Shown: positions 10,297 through 20,380, numbered from the stretch's first letter. The stretch: 64,000 bases of DNA from Candidatus Latescibacterota bacterium (GCA_965198115.1 OZ240241.1:7296001-7360000), one strand, 5' to 3'. Numbers and translations are program-made. Notes: generated by a model from the sequence alone, not told the origin.

Positions 10297-11717
10297 GGCT
10301 ATATCCGGATCTCTCAACGAGCTGAAGTGGGTGAAGGTGCCGTGGTTCCTGGCATGGGGGCGCGGTTAGCGTGTGCGGAACCTCTTCGGAATCTGCTCAG
10401 GGATGTTTATGTCTCCGACGGTAAGGAAGATCATATCGTTGAATGCGTCGAGTGTGCGGAATCCGCTGGCTCGGTTCTTGACGATTTGGACGATTCGGTT
10501 GAGGCCTTCGGCGATGGCGTTGGTAAGACGCGTGTTCACGAATGCGAGGACGCCGAAGAAGTGCTGTCGCAGGGTCCTGACGAACTTTCGCAGGGGTTCA
10601 AGTCGACTTCTGAGTGCGGACGTCGTCCAGCATTTCAGGAAGCGTTCGGCAGCCCAGGGCGCTTTGTATTCCCAGAACTGCTCGAACTCGTCCTTGAGTC
10701 TCCAGGCTCTATAGATTCGGTAGTTCGCCTTCTCCAGTGCTTTGAGTGTCCGAGTATCCCCTCTGGAGCGTGTCGCTGAGTGCCGGTAGAGGAGCCATCG
10801 GAGGCCCTTCATGGCTTTGCGCTCATCCGGGGCAGCTTTACGCCACTGGTCCTTACGGACCTCGTCAACGGCGGCATTGAGAGCCTTGACGATGTGAAAG
10901 CGATCGAGGACCAGCTTGGCATTCGGACAGTGTTCCTGGATGGCTCCGATGTAAGCTTCGCTCATGTCGCAGCAGGCCCCACTCGATCTTGGATCTCTGG
11001 TAGGGACTGAGAGCCTCTGTGAAGAACCGATCGATCGTTTTACGCGCCCTGCCGCGGCCAACCCACACCACGCAGGAGCGGTCCAGATCGTAAACGAGCG
11101 TGGCGTACCTGTGACGCTTGGCGTAGGAGATCTCGTCGATCCCGATGGTTTTGAGCCCTCGGATACGATGACCTTCACGAAGCCGCGTGATGGATCGGTG
11201 AAGGAGATCCGACAGCGTCGAGGCAGAGATGCGCAGTAACTCGGACGCCGCCTTCTGCGTCATGGTCTGGCAGTAGCGCAGCATGGCATACTCGAAGCGA
11301 TACGTCACCCGAGAGAACCGCTCCGCCCACGGAATCTCCTCGACCACACGACCGTGGGTAGGACACCGAATCTCCCGAGGATGGTAGAGAAGCCAGACCC
11401 TCCACCCGCACACCGGAATGTCACGCCACCGACGCGGATGGGGCATTGTGCGGACGATTTTACCTCGACGGCCGCACTCCGGACAACAACAACCATTCTT
11501 ATGTGGCTTTACGGCGATGACGAAACAGCTTCTCCCCTCAAACCACCAGCTGACAACACGGAACCCCTTGAATCTCAGCAGTTTCGATAGTAATCTGCTC
11601 CCGGTCATAGGTCGCACCCCCTTCGCTTTGATTGTCCTACACACACAACCAAGCGTAGGGAACGATCTATGACCTTGTCATTCTATAGTTTCACCGTTGA
11701 GAAACCCGGATAGAGCC
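10297..11717 (-). mobile_element. ISL3-family IS, complete ends, transposase frameshifted
   Basis: IRs GGCT(A/C)TATCCGG.T.TCTCAACG; 8-bp TSD CAAAATAT at 10289-10296 and 11718-11725; zf-ISL3, GIDE, LDRFH and EGLN motifs. One extra base near 10978 versus copy 2. Confidence 0.95.
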
Positions 11718-11883
11718 CAAAATATAGGCCCTTTGCCAGTGGTGGACTAGGATCCAGCGTTTTGGAATCAACTGGAATCGATTTATAGCCGGTCGAAATT
11801 AATTGTTGACAGCACCGATATCGAACACCTCGTGGCGCGATCCCGAGGTTCTGTGAGCGAGAAACGTTTTGCGTCTTCGGTTA

Positions 11884-11911
11884 GAGTGTGATAATCTCCT
11901 TTATCACACTC
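11884..11911. promoter_or_regulatory. Putative tyrosine-recombinase crossover site (11-6-11 palindrome)
   Basis: GAGTGTGATAA-TCTCCT-TTATCACACTC: perfect 11-bp arms and a 6-bp spacer, 30 bp upstream of the integrase start. Confidence 0.7.
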
Positions 11912-11941
11912 CAATATGACACCCAACGGGAGGCCCCGCGA

Positions 11942-12982
11942 ATGAACGACACCGGCTTCGACGGACAAAGAATCACGACCCCGGGCACCGGACTCACCCT
12001 CTCTCCGGCAAGCCCGCTGCAGCCAGCAGCCCTGTTCACCCCGACGCCCAAGGCCGCCCGGCGCTTCCTGGAGTTTTTCACCGCCCAGATCAACAACCCC
12101 CACACCCGCCGGGCCTACCTGAGTGCCGCGCGGCGTTTTGACGCCTGGTGCGAGGGCCGCGGCATCGTTCAGCTCACCGACGTGCAGGCCTTCCACGTCG
12201 CCGCCTTCATCAAGGATCTGCAGGGAGCGTTCTCCCCGCCCACCGTCAAGCAGCACCTGGCCGCTTTGCGCATGCTTTTTGACTGGCTGGTGACCGGCCA
12301 CGTTCTGGAGGTAAACCCCGCCCACGCCGTGCGCGGCCCCAAATACGTCGTCAGAAAAGGCAAGACGCCCGTCCTGACGGCCGGGGAAGCCCGCGAGCTG
12401 CTCGAGAGCATCGAGACGGTCCGCACGACGAAGCGCCAGGACGGAGTGGACGAGGAACCGTCCCTTGTCGGCCTGCGCGACCGCGCCTTCATCGGCGCCA
12501 TGGTCTACACCTTCGCCCGCGTCAACGCCGTGCTGAAGATGAAAGTCCGCGACTTCTTCGTGCAGGGCCGCCGCGGATGGGTGCGGCTGCACGAAAAAGG
12601 GGGCAAGGAGCATGAAGTCCCCTGCCACCACAACCTGGAGCGGTATCTGGACGAATACATCGCCGGCGCCGGCATCGCGGAGGACCTGGACGCGCCCTTG
12701 TTCCAGACCGCGGCCGGGAGAACGGGCCGGCTCACGGGCAACGCTCTGTGGCAGCAGGACGCCTACCGCATGATCCAACGGCGGGCAAAGGCCGCCGGCA
12801 TCCAGACCCGGATCGGCAACCACACCTTCCGCGCCACCGGCATCACCGCCTACCTGAAGAACAGCGGCACGCTCGAGACGGCGCAGCACATCGCCAACCA
12901 CGAGTCCCCACGGACCACCAAGCTCTACGACCGCCGGCAGGAGGAGATTTCTCTGGACGAGGTGGAACGGATTGCCATTTAA
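11942..12982 (+). CDS. Tyrosine recombinase/integrase
   Basis: Catalytic residues R (TFARV), K (HEKGGK), HxxR (HTFR), H (ANH) and Y (TKLY); GGGAGG RBS. Confidence 0.93.
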   Translation: MNDTGFDGQRITTPGTGLTLSPASPLQPAALFTPTPKAARRFLEFFTAQINNPHTRRAYLSAARRFDAWCEGRGIVQLTDVQAFHVAAFIKDLQGAFSPPTVKQHLAALRMLFDWLVTGHVLEVNPAHAVRGPKYVVRKGKTPVLTAGEARELLESIETVRTTKRQDGVDEEPSLVGLRDRAFIGAMVYTFARVNAVLKMKVRDFFVQGRRGWVRLHEKGGKEHEVPCHHNLERYLDEYIAGAGIAEDLDAPLFQTAAGRTGRLTGNALWQQDAYRMIQRRAKAAGIQTRIGNHTFRATGITAYLKNSGTLETAQHIANHESPRTTKLYDRRQEEISLDEVERIAI

Positions 12983-13039
12983 CCGGTTCCGTTCACTTGA
13001 CTGAGTCGGAACGTGCCGCTGGCAGGACGTGCGGTACCT

Positions 13040-13099
13040 GTTGAAGATCTGCTCCCACTTCGAGAAGGGCAGGTTGCTGGTGATCATGATCGTGCCGCG
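13040..13099 (-). mobile_element. istB: IS21 istB micro-fragment
   Basis: RGTIMITSNLPFSKWEQIF. Confidence 0.7.
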
Positions 13100-13385
13100 G
13101 AAAAGGGGTGCTGAACTTTATCAGGACTGTTGTTGACCCGGACGGGTCCAGGCTGGTACCCACCTGCTCGAGGTCGTCGACACCGAGCTCGCCGGTACCT
13201 GCCCAACCGGGCCGCTATGCGCCGGGGCCAGCTGGCCGCTCGTGGGGCCGTCGCCAAGTTGCGCTATGGTGCCTGACGGCCCGCCGCGCGACGGTTGCCC
13301 GATTCGTGCCGTGTGGTTGAAACCATGAACGGGGAGCAGATGCCGCGCTCACATCTCAATTAATGTATAGGGATTGTCAACTATT

Positions 13386-13952
13386 ATGAATCCGGCTGAC
13401 CCGAAGTGGCTTGAAATCCTTAAAGCGAGCGGTTGGCAGACAATCGGGCTCACCGTAGCTTTAGGCGTGTTCTTGGTGCTGATACGTACCGGTGTTATTC
13501 CAACGTCGGATATGTGGGTGGCCTTGCCAGCGTTAGGGGCTCTAATCTTCGGGGCGCTAGCCTTGGCGAGCATCGGCGATGCCCTGATAAAAGCAATTAA
13601 GCCGGCAGCAAGGATAGACCGCTGGCGACGCATACGGCTCGATCAGAAGTGTGCTGAGGCTTTCATACCGTACATGACTAAGAAAGACAAAGAGATCATC
13701 GGGTACTTGCTGCACCACAATCACAAGATGTTTCAGGCGGGACTGACCGGCGGCTACGCTGCGCCACTAATCTCGAAGGGGATCATTCGGCAAGACCTGC
13801 GACCGGGACAGGTCTTTGAGGAAGGGTGGGTGCCGTTCTCTGTGCCAGACCATATCTGGGCCGTATTGGAGAGGAATCGCGAATCATTCCCTTACACACC
13901 GCCCGAGGGAACAGCGGAACCACCCCCGTGGAAAGAACCGAACTACTGGTAG
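13386..13952 (+). CDS. Two-TM protein, possibly superinfection exclusion B (SieB)-like
   Basis: Two N-terminal TM helices, then MTKKDKEIIGYLL...LISKGII, reminiscent of the SieB C-terminal domain. Confidence 0.5.
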   Translation: MNPADPKWLEILKASGWQTIGLTVALGVFLVLIRTGVIPTSDMWVALPALGALIFGALALASIGDALIKAIKPAARIDRWRRIRLDQKCAEAFIPYMTKKDKEIIGYLLHHNHKMFQAGLTGGYAAPLISKGIIRQDLRPGQVFEEGWVPFSVPDHIWAVLERNRESFPYTPPEGTAEPPPWKEPNYW

Positions 13953-14076
13953 GGCATGGTATAGCCTTGCTCCGTCACCGACCCGTTTGGAGCACCCGAC
14001 CCTGGTCGCTATGGTCGGATCAGCCCCGTGACCAACCGAAACACGCGATCGGGCCACCGTCACCGGCGATCAATAG

Positions 14077-14316
14077 ATGATCGGGCACTTGCGGGGAAGA
14101 GATCGCAAACTGGAACTGCTTGGCTGGACCGGCCAGGACGCGGAATGGATCGCGCTCGTGTGCCTTCACAGCGGCGTCTTCACGCGGGCGCAGTTCTGTC
14201 ATTACTTTGATACTCAGCGAATGACAGCGGCGCGATTCGTGAAGACCTTGATCGAGCGTCGGGAGGCCGTCGAAACCGATGTAATTGCCTTTAACGGGGA
14301 AGGGAAGACGTGCCGG
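14077..14316 (+). pseudogene. Mobile-element hypothetical protein (wHTH-like), truncated
   Basis: GWTGQDAEWIALVCLHSGVFTRAQFCHYF; fused to an IS3 tail. Confidence 0.5.
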
Positions 14317-14457
14317 ATTATCTTCCAGTTCATCGAAGGATGGTACAACCCCCACCGACGTCACAAAGGCACCGGACAGAAATCACCCATCGAAAAGCTT
14401 CATCACCTACAACACGACCCAAGCCTGGAACTGTCCACTGGACCGGGGTAACTCCAT
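14317..14457 (+). mobile_element. IS3-family 3' end fragment
   Basis: IFQFIEGWYNPHRRH and terminal CTGTCCACTGGACCGGGGTAACTCCA. Confidence 0.75.
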
Positions 14458-14482
14458 ACATCCCAAGCCCAAAGAGCTCCTG

Positions 14483-15046
14483 ATGCCTCAGCGGCCAACA
14501 AGCATACTTACGACACTTGCCGTCTCCCTACTGGCCTTGACGCTAATCGCGCCTTGGGCGCTCGGGCAGGACCCGGACCCGATCACGGAAATCCGCCGCC
14601 TCGCCGAGCAGGGGGACGTTGATGCCCAATTCACCCTCGGGTTCAAGTACGCCAACGGCGAGGGCGTGCCGGAAAACGATGCCGAAGCCGTGCGTTGGTA
14701 CCGTCTGGCCGCCGACCAGGGTAACGCCGGTGCCCAAAACAACCTCGGTCTCATGTACGCCAACGGGCGGGGCGTAGCGCAAGACCTGGCCGAAGCCGTG
14801 AAGTGGTATCGGCTCGCCGCCGAGCAGGGGGACGCCATGGGCCAATACGCCCTCGGGTTCATGTACGACTACGGCGAGGGGTTACCGGATGATTACGTGC
14901 TCGCCTATGCCTGGTACAACCTTGCCGCCGCGCAAGGAAACGAGGTGGCTAGGAAGAACAAAGACAATCTCCGGACGCGCATGACCCCCGACCAAATCGC
15001 GCGGGCGCAAGAACTAAGCGCGACCCTTTTCGACCGCATCAACTAG
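14483..15046 (+). CDS. Secreted Sel1-repeat protein
   Basis: Signal peptide; repeats of AQxNLGxMYxNGxGV...EAVxWYRLAAxQG. Confidence 0.92.
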   Translation: MPQRPTSILTTLAVSLLALTLIAPWALGQDPDPITEIRRLAEQGDVDAQFTLGFKYANGEGVPENDAEAVRWYRLAADQGNAGAQNNLGLMYANGRGVAQDLAEAVKWYRLAAEQGDAMGQYALGFMYDYGEGLPDDYVLAYAWYNLAAAQGNEVARKNKDNLRTRMTPDQIARAQELSATLFDRIN

Positions 15047-15373
15047 CACTCGGGCTACCGGGGAGGTGAACGTTTCATGGACGGGGACATTGAAGAAATC
15101 GAGCAATTCCTGAACCAAGGAAGTACGCTCGCGTGGTTTCCTTGCCGAAAGTGCGCCCGAGGATGTGAGGGAAACCCTGAACAATTGCATTCTCAAACTG
15201 GACGCGGTGGCTAAGGGCAGCACGTTCCTGAGCCAGTACCCCTCCCGCAGCCGGCTCACCTTGTTCCTGTCGGGAACGTCCGCCCACCCGCGGTCCTTCA
15301 TCGCCTGATTGGCATACAGGACACTCAGACCGGTCATTCATTTCTCCCACTATTTATGAGTCACTTACGGGGC

Positions 15374-16035
15374 TTAGGCGCCGCTAGCCTTGATATCAGT
15401 GGGTACCGGGAACTGATCCCAGGTTCTGCCGTCCAGCGTGCGCCCGGTCTTCTTTTTGTTCATTCCACCCCACTGCTTGAAGTGGAATGCGACGCCAGCG
15501 CGAACGCACTGGTCTCGGATCGACCGCACCCAGTCCGGGCTTACTGGCCGGGCTCCCGGACCACTCTCTCCACCGGCGATGACCCAATCGATCCCCCCGG
15601 TGTTCAAACGATCTAACTGCCCAAGCAGAGGTTCGAGACTTAGAAACTTGACCGTCGCGCCGGCGCGACGCAGATGATCAATTCGAAACTGATAATCTGC
15701 ATTTTCTACGCTGACACCCATCCAGACGTTTCTCGACCATTCAAGGGCGTCCGATAATTCTTCCAGTCTCTCAGCCCGCTTCGTTAGGATTTGGTACGTG
15801 TGCTGGGAAGTCTCGCTCATTGTAGTGAACACCCGCTGTATGAACTCCAGTGGCACCGTTTCATGAAACAGGTCGGACATCGAGTTAACGAAGATCATTC
15901 GCCCCGTCTTCCACATGTCCGGGAGCTTCAGGCTCTCCTCATCGATCCGAACGACACCGTTCCACTTTGGCCGGCCACCGGAGACACGGGTTGTGCCCGC
16001 GTACTTGGGCTGTCCCATTGCCTCAAGCCGGCCGC
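15374..16035 (-). pseudogene. DUF5131 (phage Gp37/Gp68) protein lacking the N-terminal Cys motif
   Basis: FVNSMSDLFHE, LTKR, FLSLEPLLG, WVIAGGESG and FHFKQWGG present. Homology begins at RLEAMGQPKY; the Cys-containing start is missing. Confidence 0.88.
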
Positions 16036-16051
16036 CTTCACACCGCCCATC

Positions 16052-16465
16052 TCAATCCTTCCAGGGGTTCAAGAGGTCGGCACCCGTCGCGGCGAAGTCG
16101 GACTCGTTGCGGGTGACGATCGCGAACCGATGCCGAAGGGCGGTCGCGGCGATCAAGCCATCGATGGCGGGCATCGGTTTCTTCAGGCGGGCCATCAGCC
16201 GGCCCCATTCGTCCGCGACGCCTGTATCGATCGGCAGAACACGGTCTTCGAACCAGGCGGGCAACTCCGTTTCAAGCCACGCGGCTATCCTCGCGCGGCG
16301 GCGACTGCTCCCGAGCTTCTCAATTCCCTTGCGGATTTCGCCCAAGGTCAAGACGCTAACGAACAACGCCTCCGATGGCACCGCGTCGAACCATTCGGAT
16401 ACGCGGGGCGAAGGCCTCGGCTTGAGCAGTTCGGAAAGCGCGCAGGTATCGACCAGAAAGCTCAC
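16052..16465 (-). CDS. vapC: VapC PIN-domain toxin
   Basis: LVDTCALSE, LGEI, IDGLIAATA and VTRNESDF motifs. Confidence 0.93.
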   Translation of the reverse strand: MSFLVDTCALSELLKPRPSPRVSEWFDAVPSEALFVSVLTLGEIRKGIEKLGSSRRRARIAAWLETELPAWFEDRVLPIDTGVADEWGRLMARLKKPMPAIDGLIAATALRHRFAIVTRNESDFAATGADLLNPWKD

Positions 16466-16710
16466 AGTTCAACATCGCGCGGCAGCGACTGGTCGCGCTC
16501 GATGTTCAACTGGACCCCCGCCAGCGGTGAAGTCCGCAGAAACTCACCCAATGAGGGTTTCGACCGCTTGAGGCGGTCGTAATCATCCGCCGAAAGAACG
16601 ACGGCCGCTCGTCGTCCGCGGACGGTGATCGTCTGCGGACCGGTGGCGGCTGCACCGCGCACCAATTCACTGAAGCGCGCCTTGGCCTCCTGCAACTGCC
16701 AATTAGGCAT
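16462..16710 (-). CDS. Phd/YefM-family antitoxin
   Basis: WQLQEAKARFSELV..A...GPQTITVRG; 4-bp overlap with vapC. Confidence 0.92.
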   Translation of the reverse strand: MPNWQLQEAKARFSELVRGAAATGPQTITVRGRRAAVVLSADDYDRLKRSKPSLGEFLRTSPLAGVQLNIERDQSLPRDVEL

Positions 16711-16721
16711 GGCAAGCCTCC

Positions 16722-16750
16722 TCTAACTAGTAACTAGTCTGACTAGATTA
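16722..16750. promoter_or_regulatory. Probable TA operator
   Basis: AACTAGT-AACTAGT-CTGACTAG repeated palindromes just upstream of the antitoxin. Confidence 0.5.
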
Positions 16751-16785
16751 TTGCGAAACGAGTCCGGAAGCGCAAGAGTTCATGT

Positions 16786-16995
16786 TCACGCCGCTCGAGG
16801 CCGTCTGCTTCGTGACACCGCCCCGGCGTTACCGACCCGCAGTCCCTCGAAGACCGCCATGATCTGTCGTGCGCGGCGCTGGCGCACACGGAAGAGTTTC
16901 TCTACCGCCGCGTGGTCGAGGCGGGTGGATGTCATGGCCCGCAGGGCGCTGAGGATTTCGTCAAGTCGATGAAACCAGGCGGGTTGGGAGGGCAT
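16786..16995 (-). pseudogene. Small HTH-like protein, truncated; integrase-module partner
   Basis: MPSQPAWFHRLDEIL...AVEKLFRVRQRRARQIM with AAGGAG RBS. Confidence 0.5.
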
Positions 16996-17093
16996 GGGGG
17001 AAGCTCCTTCTCTACTATACGTTAGGGAGCGATCCGGCATTATGGCCTGCCCGGGAGCGGCGGGAGAGGGAGTTTATCATGCATGATAAAGGA

Positions 17094-17372
17094 GGTGGTC
17101 TCAACCCATCGACGCAACACTTTGCCTTGAAAGGAGGAGGTGGAGTGTATGCGGATGAAGCAAAGAGCTCGTCGCGGTTACACGCCGGCGGAACTGGAGG
17201 AGGTGTGGGACCGGTGGAAACGAGGGGAGTCGCTAAAGTCGATTGGACGCGTGTTTGGTAAACAGCCATCGTCTGTTTACCATCAGCTTGCTCCGTAAGG
17301 AGGCATCCGTCCTCGGCCACCACGCCGTTCATGTTTGGCAGCTGACGTTGTCGGAGCGCGAAGATCTCTCGA
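17094..17372 (+). mobile_element. IS30-family 5' fragment
   Basis: VWDRWKRGESLKSIGRVFGK.PSSVY...GGIRP...LTLSERE with an internal stop. Confidence 0.8.
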
Positions 17373-17392
17373 GGTAAACCCCGCCCACGCCG

Positions 17393-18478
17393 GGCAAGAC
17401 GGTCGGCGAGGTCTCGCGTGAGCTTGGCGTCAGCGAACAGACCTACTACCGGTGGCGCAAGGAATACGGCGGTATGGAGGTCGACCAGGTCCGCCGGCTG
17501 AAGGAGCTGGAGCAAGAGAACGGGCGTCTGAAACGTCTTGTGGCCGACCAGGCCCTGGATATCTCGATTCTCAAGGAGGTGTCCCGGGGAAACTTCTGAG
17601 CCCGACGCGGCGAAGGAAGGCGGTCGGGCACGTGCGTGAGGCCCTGGCTGTCTCGGAGCGTCGGGCGTGCCGTGTGCTGGGTCAGGTGCGCCGTACCCAG
17701 CGATACACGCTCAAGGTGGCGGACGGCGAGACCGTCCTGACCGCGAACATCGTCTCTCTGGCCAGCGAATATGGACGTTATGGCTACCGTCGAATCACGG
17801 CTCTTCTCAGGACCGATGGCTGGCGGGTGAACCACAAGCGGGTGGAGCGGATCTGGCGTCAGGAGGGGCTGAAGGTGCCCGCCAGGCAGCCGAAGCGGGG
17901 TCGACTTTGGCTCAACGACGGCTCCTGCATCAGACTCAGACCCGAGCATCGTAACCACGTCTGGGCCTACGACTTCGTGTTCGATCGCACACGTGAAGGG
18001 AGGCCGTTGAAGTTTCTGACAGTCGTGGATGAATACACGCGTGAGTGCCTGACCATCGAGGTCGCTCGCAAGCAAACATCACGGGACGTTCTGCGGACGT
18101 TGGCGAAGCTGATGCTGAGGTATGGTGTCCCGAAACACATCAGATCGGATAACGGGCCGGAGTTTGTAGCCAAAGCGGTTCGGGACTGGCTCTCGAGGTT
18201 GGAGGTCGGAACTTTGTTCATCGAGCCGGGCAGCCCGTGGGAGAACGGATACATCGAGAGCTTCAACGGGAAGCTCAGAGACGAGCTACTCAACGGTAAG
18301 ATCTTCACGACCTTGGAGGAGGCTAGGGTGTTGACCAAGTGGTGGCGCTGGCAGTACAATCACATCAGACCACACAGCTCATTGGGCTATCGCCCACCTG
18401 CACCTGAAGCGGTCACCAAACCGCTCACCGCAGCCATATCCTAACTCTGGATGTGGACACATAGATGGGGGCAGGTCA
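17393..18478 (+). mobile_element. IS3-family (IS407 group) element lacking its 5' end
   Basis: orfA tail; G GGA AAC slippery site at 17587-17593; orfB DDE (WAYDF, SDNGPEF, ENGYIESFNG); IR ...GGGGGCAGGTCA. Confidence 0.93.
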
Positions 18479-18535
18479 CTATTGCGTCCTGAACCTCTGC
18501 AGGATTATCTACAGACCTAACGCTGTGTCTGCATC

Positions 18536-18681
18536 GCATCGTTGCAAGTCCTTCGCCCACAACGACTTATCGCTCGCGGATTATATGCTGCGGCGGCCTG
18601 TTTCCGACGCGGATTGTATGTGGCGGCATACTTCTCCCGTCAGGCACCGGGCCGCCGCTGCGGCATACTTCTCCCGTCAGA
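18536..18681. repeat. Partial second copy of the 32.8 kb repeat array
   Basis: CGCGGATT(G/A)TATG x2 and CGGCATACTTCTCCCGTCAG x2; colinear with about 32773-32917. Confidence 0.85.
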
Positions 18682-18866
18682 TCGCAGTGTTGACCGACAT
18701 CGCTTCGGGCTGGACGGAGTGCCTGCCACTGCTCGTGCGAGAGCAGGGCTTGATATACATGTAACGAAAGCTACCCATGTCTGGCCCACTGAGGCTCGTG
18801 GCGGAGCGACTGGACCCTCCTACGGGTCTCTCTGGACGTATCCTGACAACTTCGAGGAGACAAGCG

Positions 18867-19166
18867 ATGTTCAGGAAGATTCTCACCGTGACGGCCCTGG
18901 CATTAATCCCTGGGGCATTAATCCTCGGGCTCGCCGGGCTCGCATTCTACAGGAAACGCAGGGAACCATAGGAAACACGAGGTTCGCTGGGAACCTTCGA
19001 CGAGACAGAGTTGAGCCGCAGGGCTCCGGGATGGGAAGAGTCGCCTGAGTCCGCTCAGTTCACTTTCGATCCACTCACAGAACCCGTCCCCGAACCGTCC
19101 ACCCTCCTCCTCCTCGGCATCGGCCTCGCGGGGCTGGCGGCTTACCGAAGGCGGAGAGCCGCCTAA
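18867..19166 (+). pseudogene. PEP-CTERM sorting-domain ORF with in-frame TAG
   Basis: RBS GAGGAGA; MFRKILTV...GLAGLAFYRKRREP*...[28 protein letters not shown], all in one frame. Confidence 0.7.
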
Positions 19167-19212
19167 TCTGACGTAGATCTTCGCAGGTCGGGGCTGCAAT
19201 TCGCTCACCTGC

Positions 19213-19580
19213 ACGTGAGGCCCCTAGTTGAAACTTAAAGGGCTCCAAACTTACGTTGTGGGTACGCGTGTGAGAGCGTGTACCCGTAAGAAAGGAGCCC
19301 ACGATGGAGAAGCTATTTGCAGGGGATGGCGAAGTCAAGGTTGGGTCAGACGTTATGGATTTGGAGACGCGTTTATCGGTGATCCGGGCGCTGATTCCGC
19401 TGGGTCTGGAGGCCGTTGCCGACGTGCTCCAGCAGGAGGTGGAGCAGCTCGCAGGCGTTCGGTATGCGCGTAAGGGTTCAGAGCAGTCGCATCGTCGATG
19501 GGGAAGCCAGAAAGGGTCCGTGTATCTGATGGACTAGAAGCTGCCGGTGGCCGTTCCCCGTGTGCGCGACGGGGACCTCC
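19213..19580 (+). mobile_element. IS256-family type B 5' fragment
   Basis: Left IR TAGTTGAAACTTAAAGGGCTCC; LQQEVEQLAGVRY..RWGSQKGSVY; internal TAG at 19535. Confidence 0.8.
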
Positions 19581-19736
19581 GAGTACGGGCGGGACTACCG
19601 GCTGGGCTACGGCCTGACGGTGCTCGAGAGCGGCGCCATGAGCTTCGAGCTGGGCCTGGAAGGCGCGCGCCGGGAGAGTTTGGGCCAGGGGGGCGCGGAA
19701 CACGGCGTTCAAGGCCGACTCATGGCGCGCTGGTAG
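19581..19736 (+). pseudogene. Autotransporter-like beta-barrel C-terminal fragment
   Basis: EYGRDYRLGYGLTVL...FELGLEGARRES...EHGVQGRLMARW* shows alternating beta-strand pattern and a terminal aromatic residue. Confidence 0.55.
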
Positions 19737-20083
19737 GTGCCCGGCCCGACAGCAGCAGTAGTCAACAAGACAACGGCGGCGGCCGCAGCGGGGAATCCCA
19801 TGAATGAGGCATGTCCCGCGCAACGGCATGAATCGGCCTACCCGCGCTCGGAACTGTTCGAGCGCCGTCGCCGGCGGATGGACGACCGAGCGGCGGTCTC
19901 TTTCCCAATCCACGCGAGATTCTATTTCCTTCCAGATGGCTTCGTGAGGGAAAGATCAGGACCAGGTGTCTAAATATATTAGTTGCTTGATTTGTTGGTC
20001 TTTGTCCGCCTGAATTCCTCAGAGGAGTGGTATTCTGCGACCAACTCCGCTACTTCTGCATATTCACGCGTCTCACGTTCCTC

Positions 20084-20380
20084 TCAGGCGCGAAAAGCCC
20101 CCAATGACTCTTTGAGGAATTTCGAAAAAGCGCCGTTACGCCCCGGGCTCCAATCTCCAATCCTCTTTCCATCTGCGTCTGTGAATTCGCCGCACAGGAT
20201 CATGACGAAGTCGACCAATGTCCAAAATCCTAGGCCCCCAAGAGTGAGAAGTTGAATGATCGCAGTCTTCGTCTTTCCTGCATAGAAGCGATGGCCTCCA
20301 AATCCCCCAAATAGGAAAGCAAGGAGCAAAGCTACCATCCGATTCTTGGAACTCATGGTAGTAACCCTACTTTCTTCCAT
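20084..20380 (-). CDS. TM2-domain membrane protein
   Basis: SKNRMVALLLAFLFGGFGGHRFYAGK...LLTLGGLGFWTLVDF...FTDADG. Confidence 0.85.
   Translation of the reverse strand: MEESRVTTMSSKNRMVALLLAFLFGGFGGHRFYAGKTKTAIIQLLTLGGLGFWTLVDFVMILCGEFTDADGKRIGDWSPGRNGAFSKFLKESLGAFRA

Noticed and set aside
15014-15350. Three-Cys-motif partner gene downstream of DUF5131
   Set aside because: Two competing short frames with no recognisable motif; no call can be supported.
11942-16710. Integron with gene cassettes
   Set aside because: I could not identify the IntI-specific insertion or repeated attC-like sites between the ORFs.
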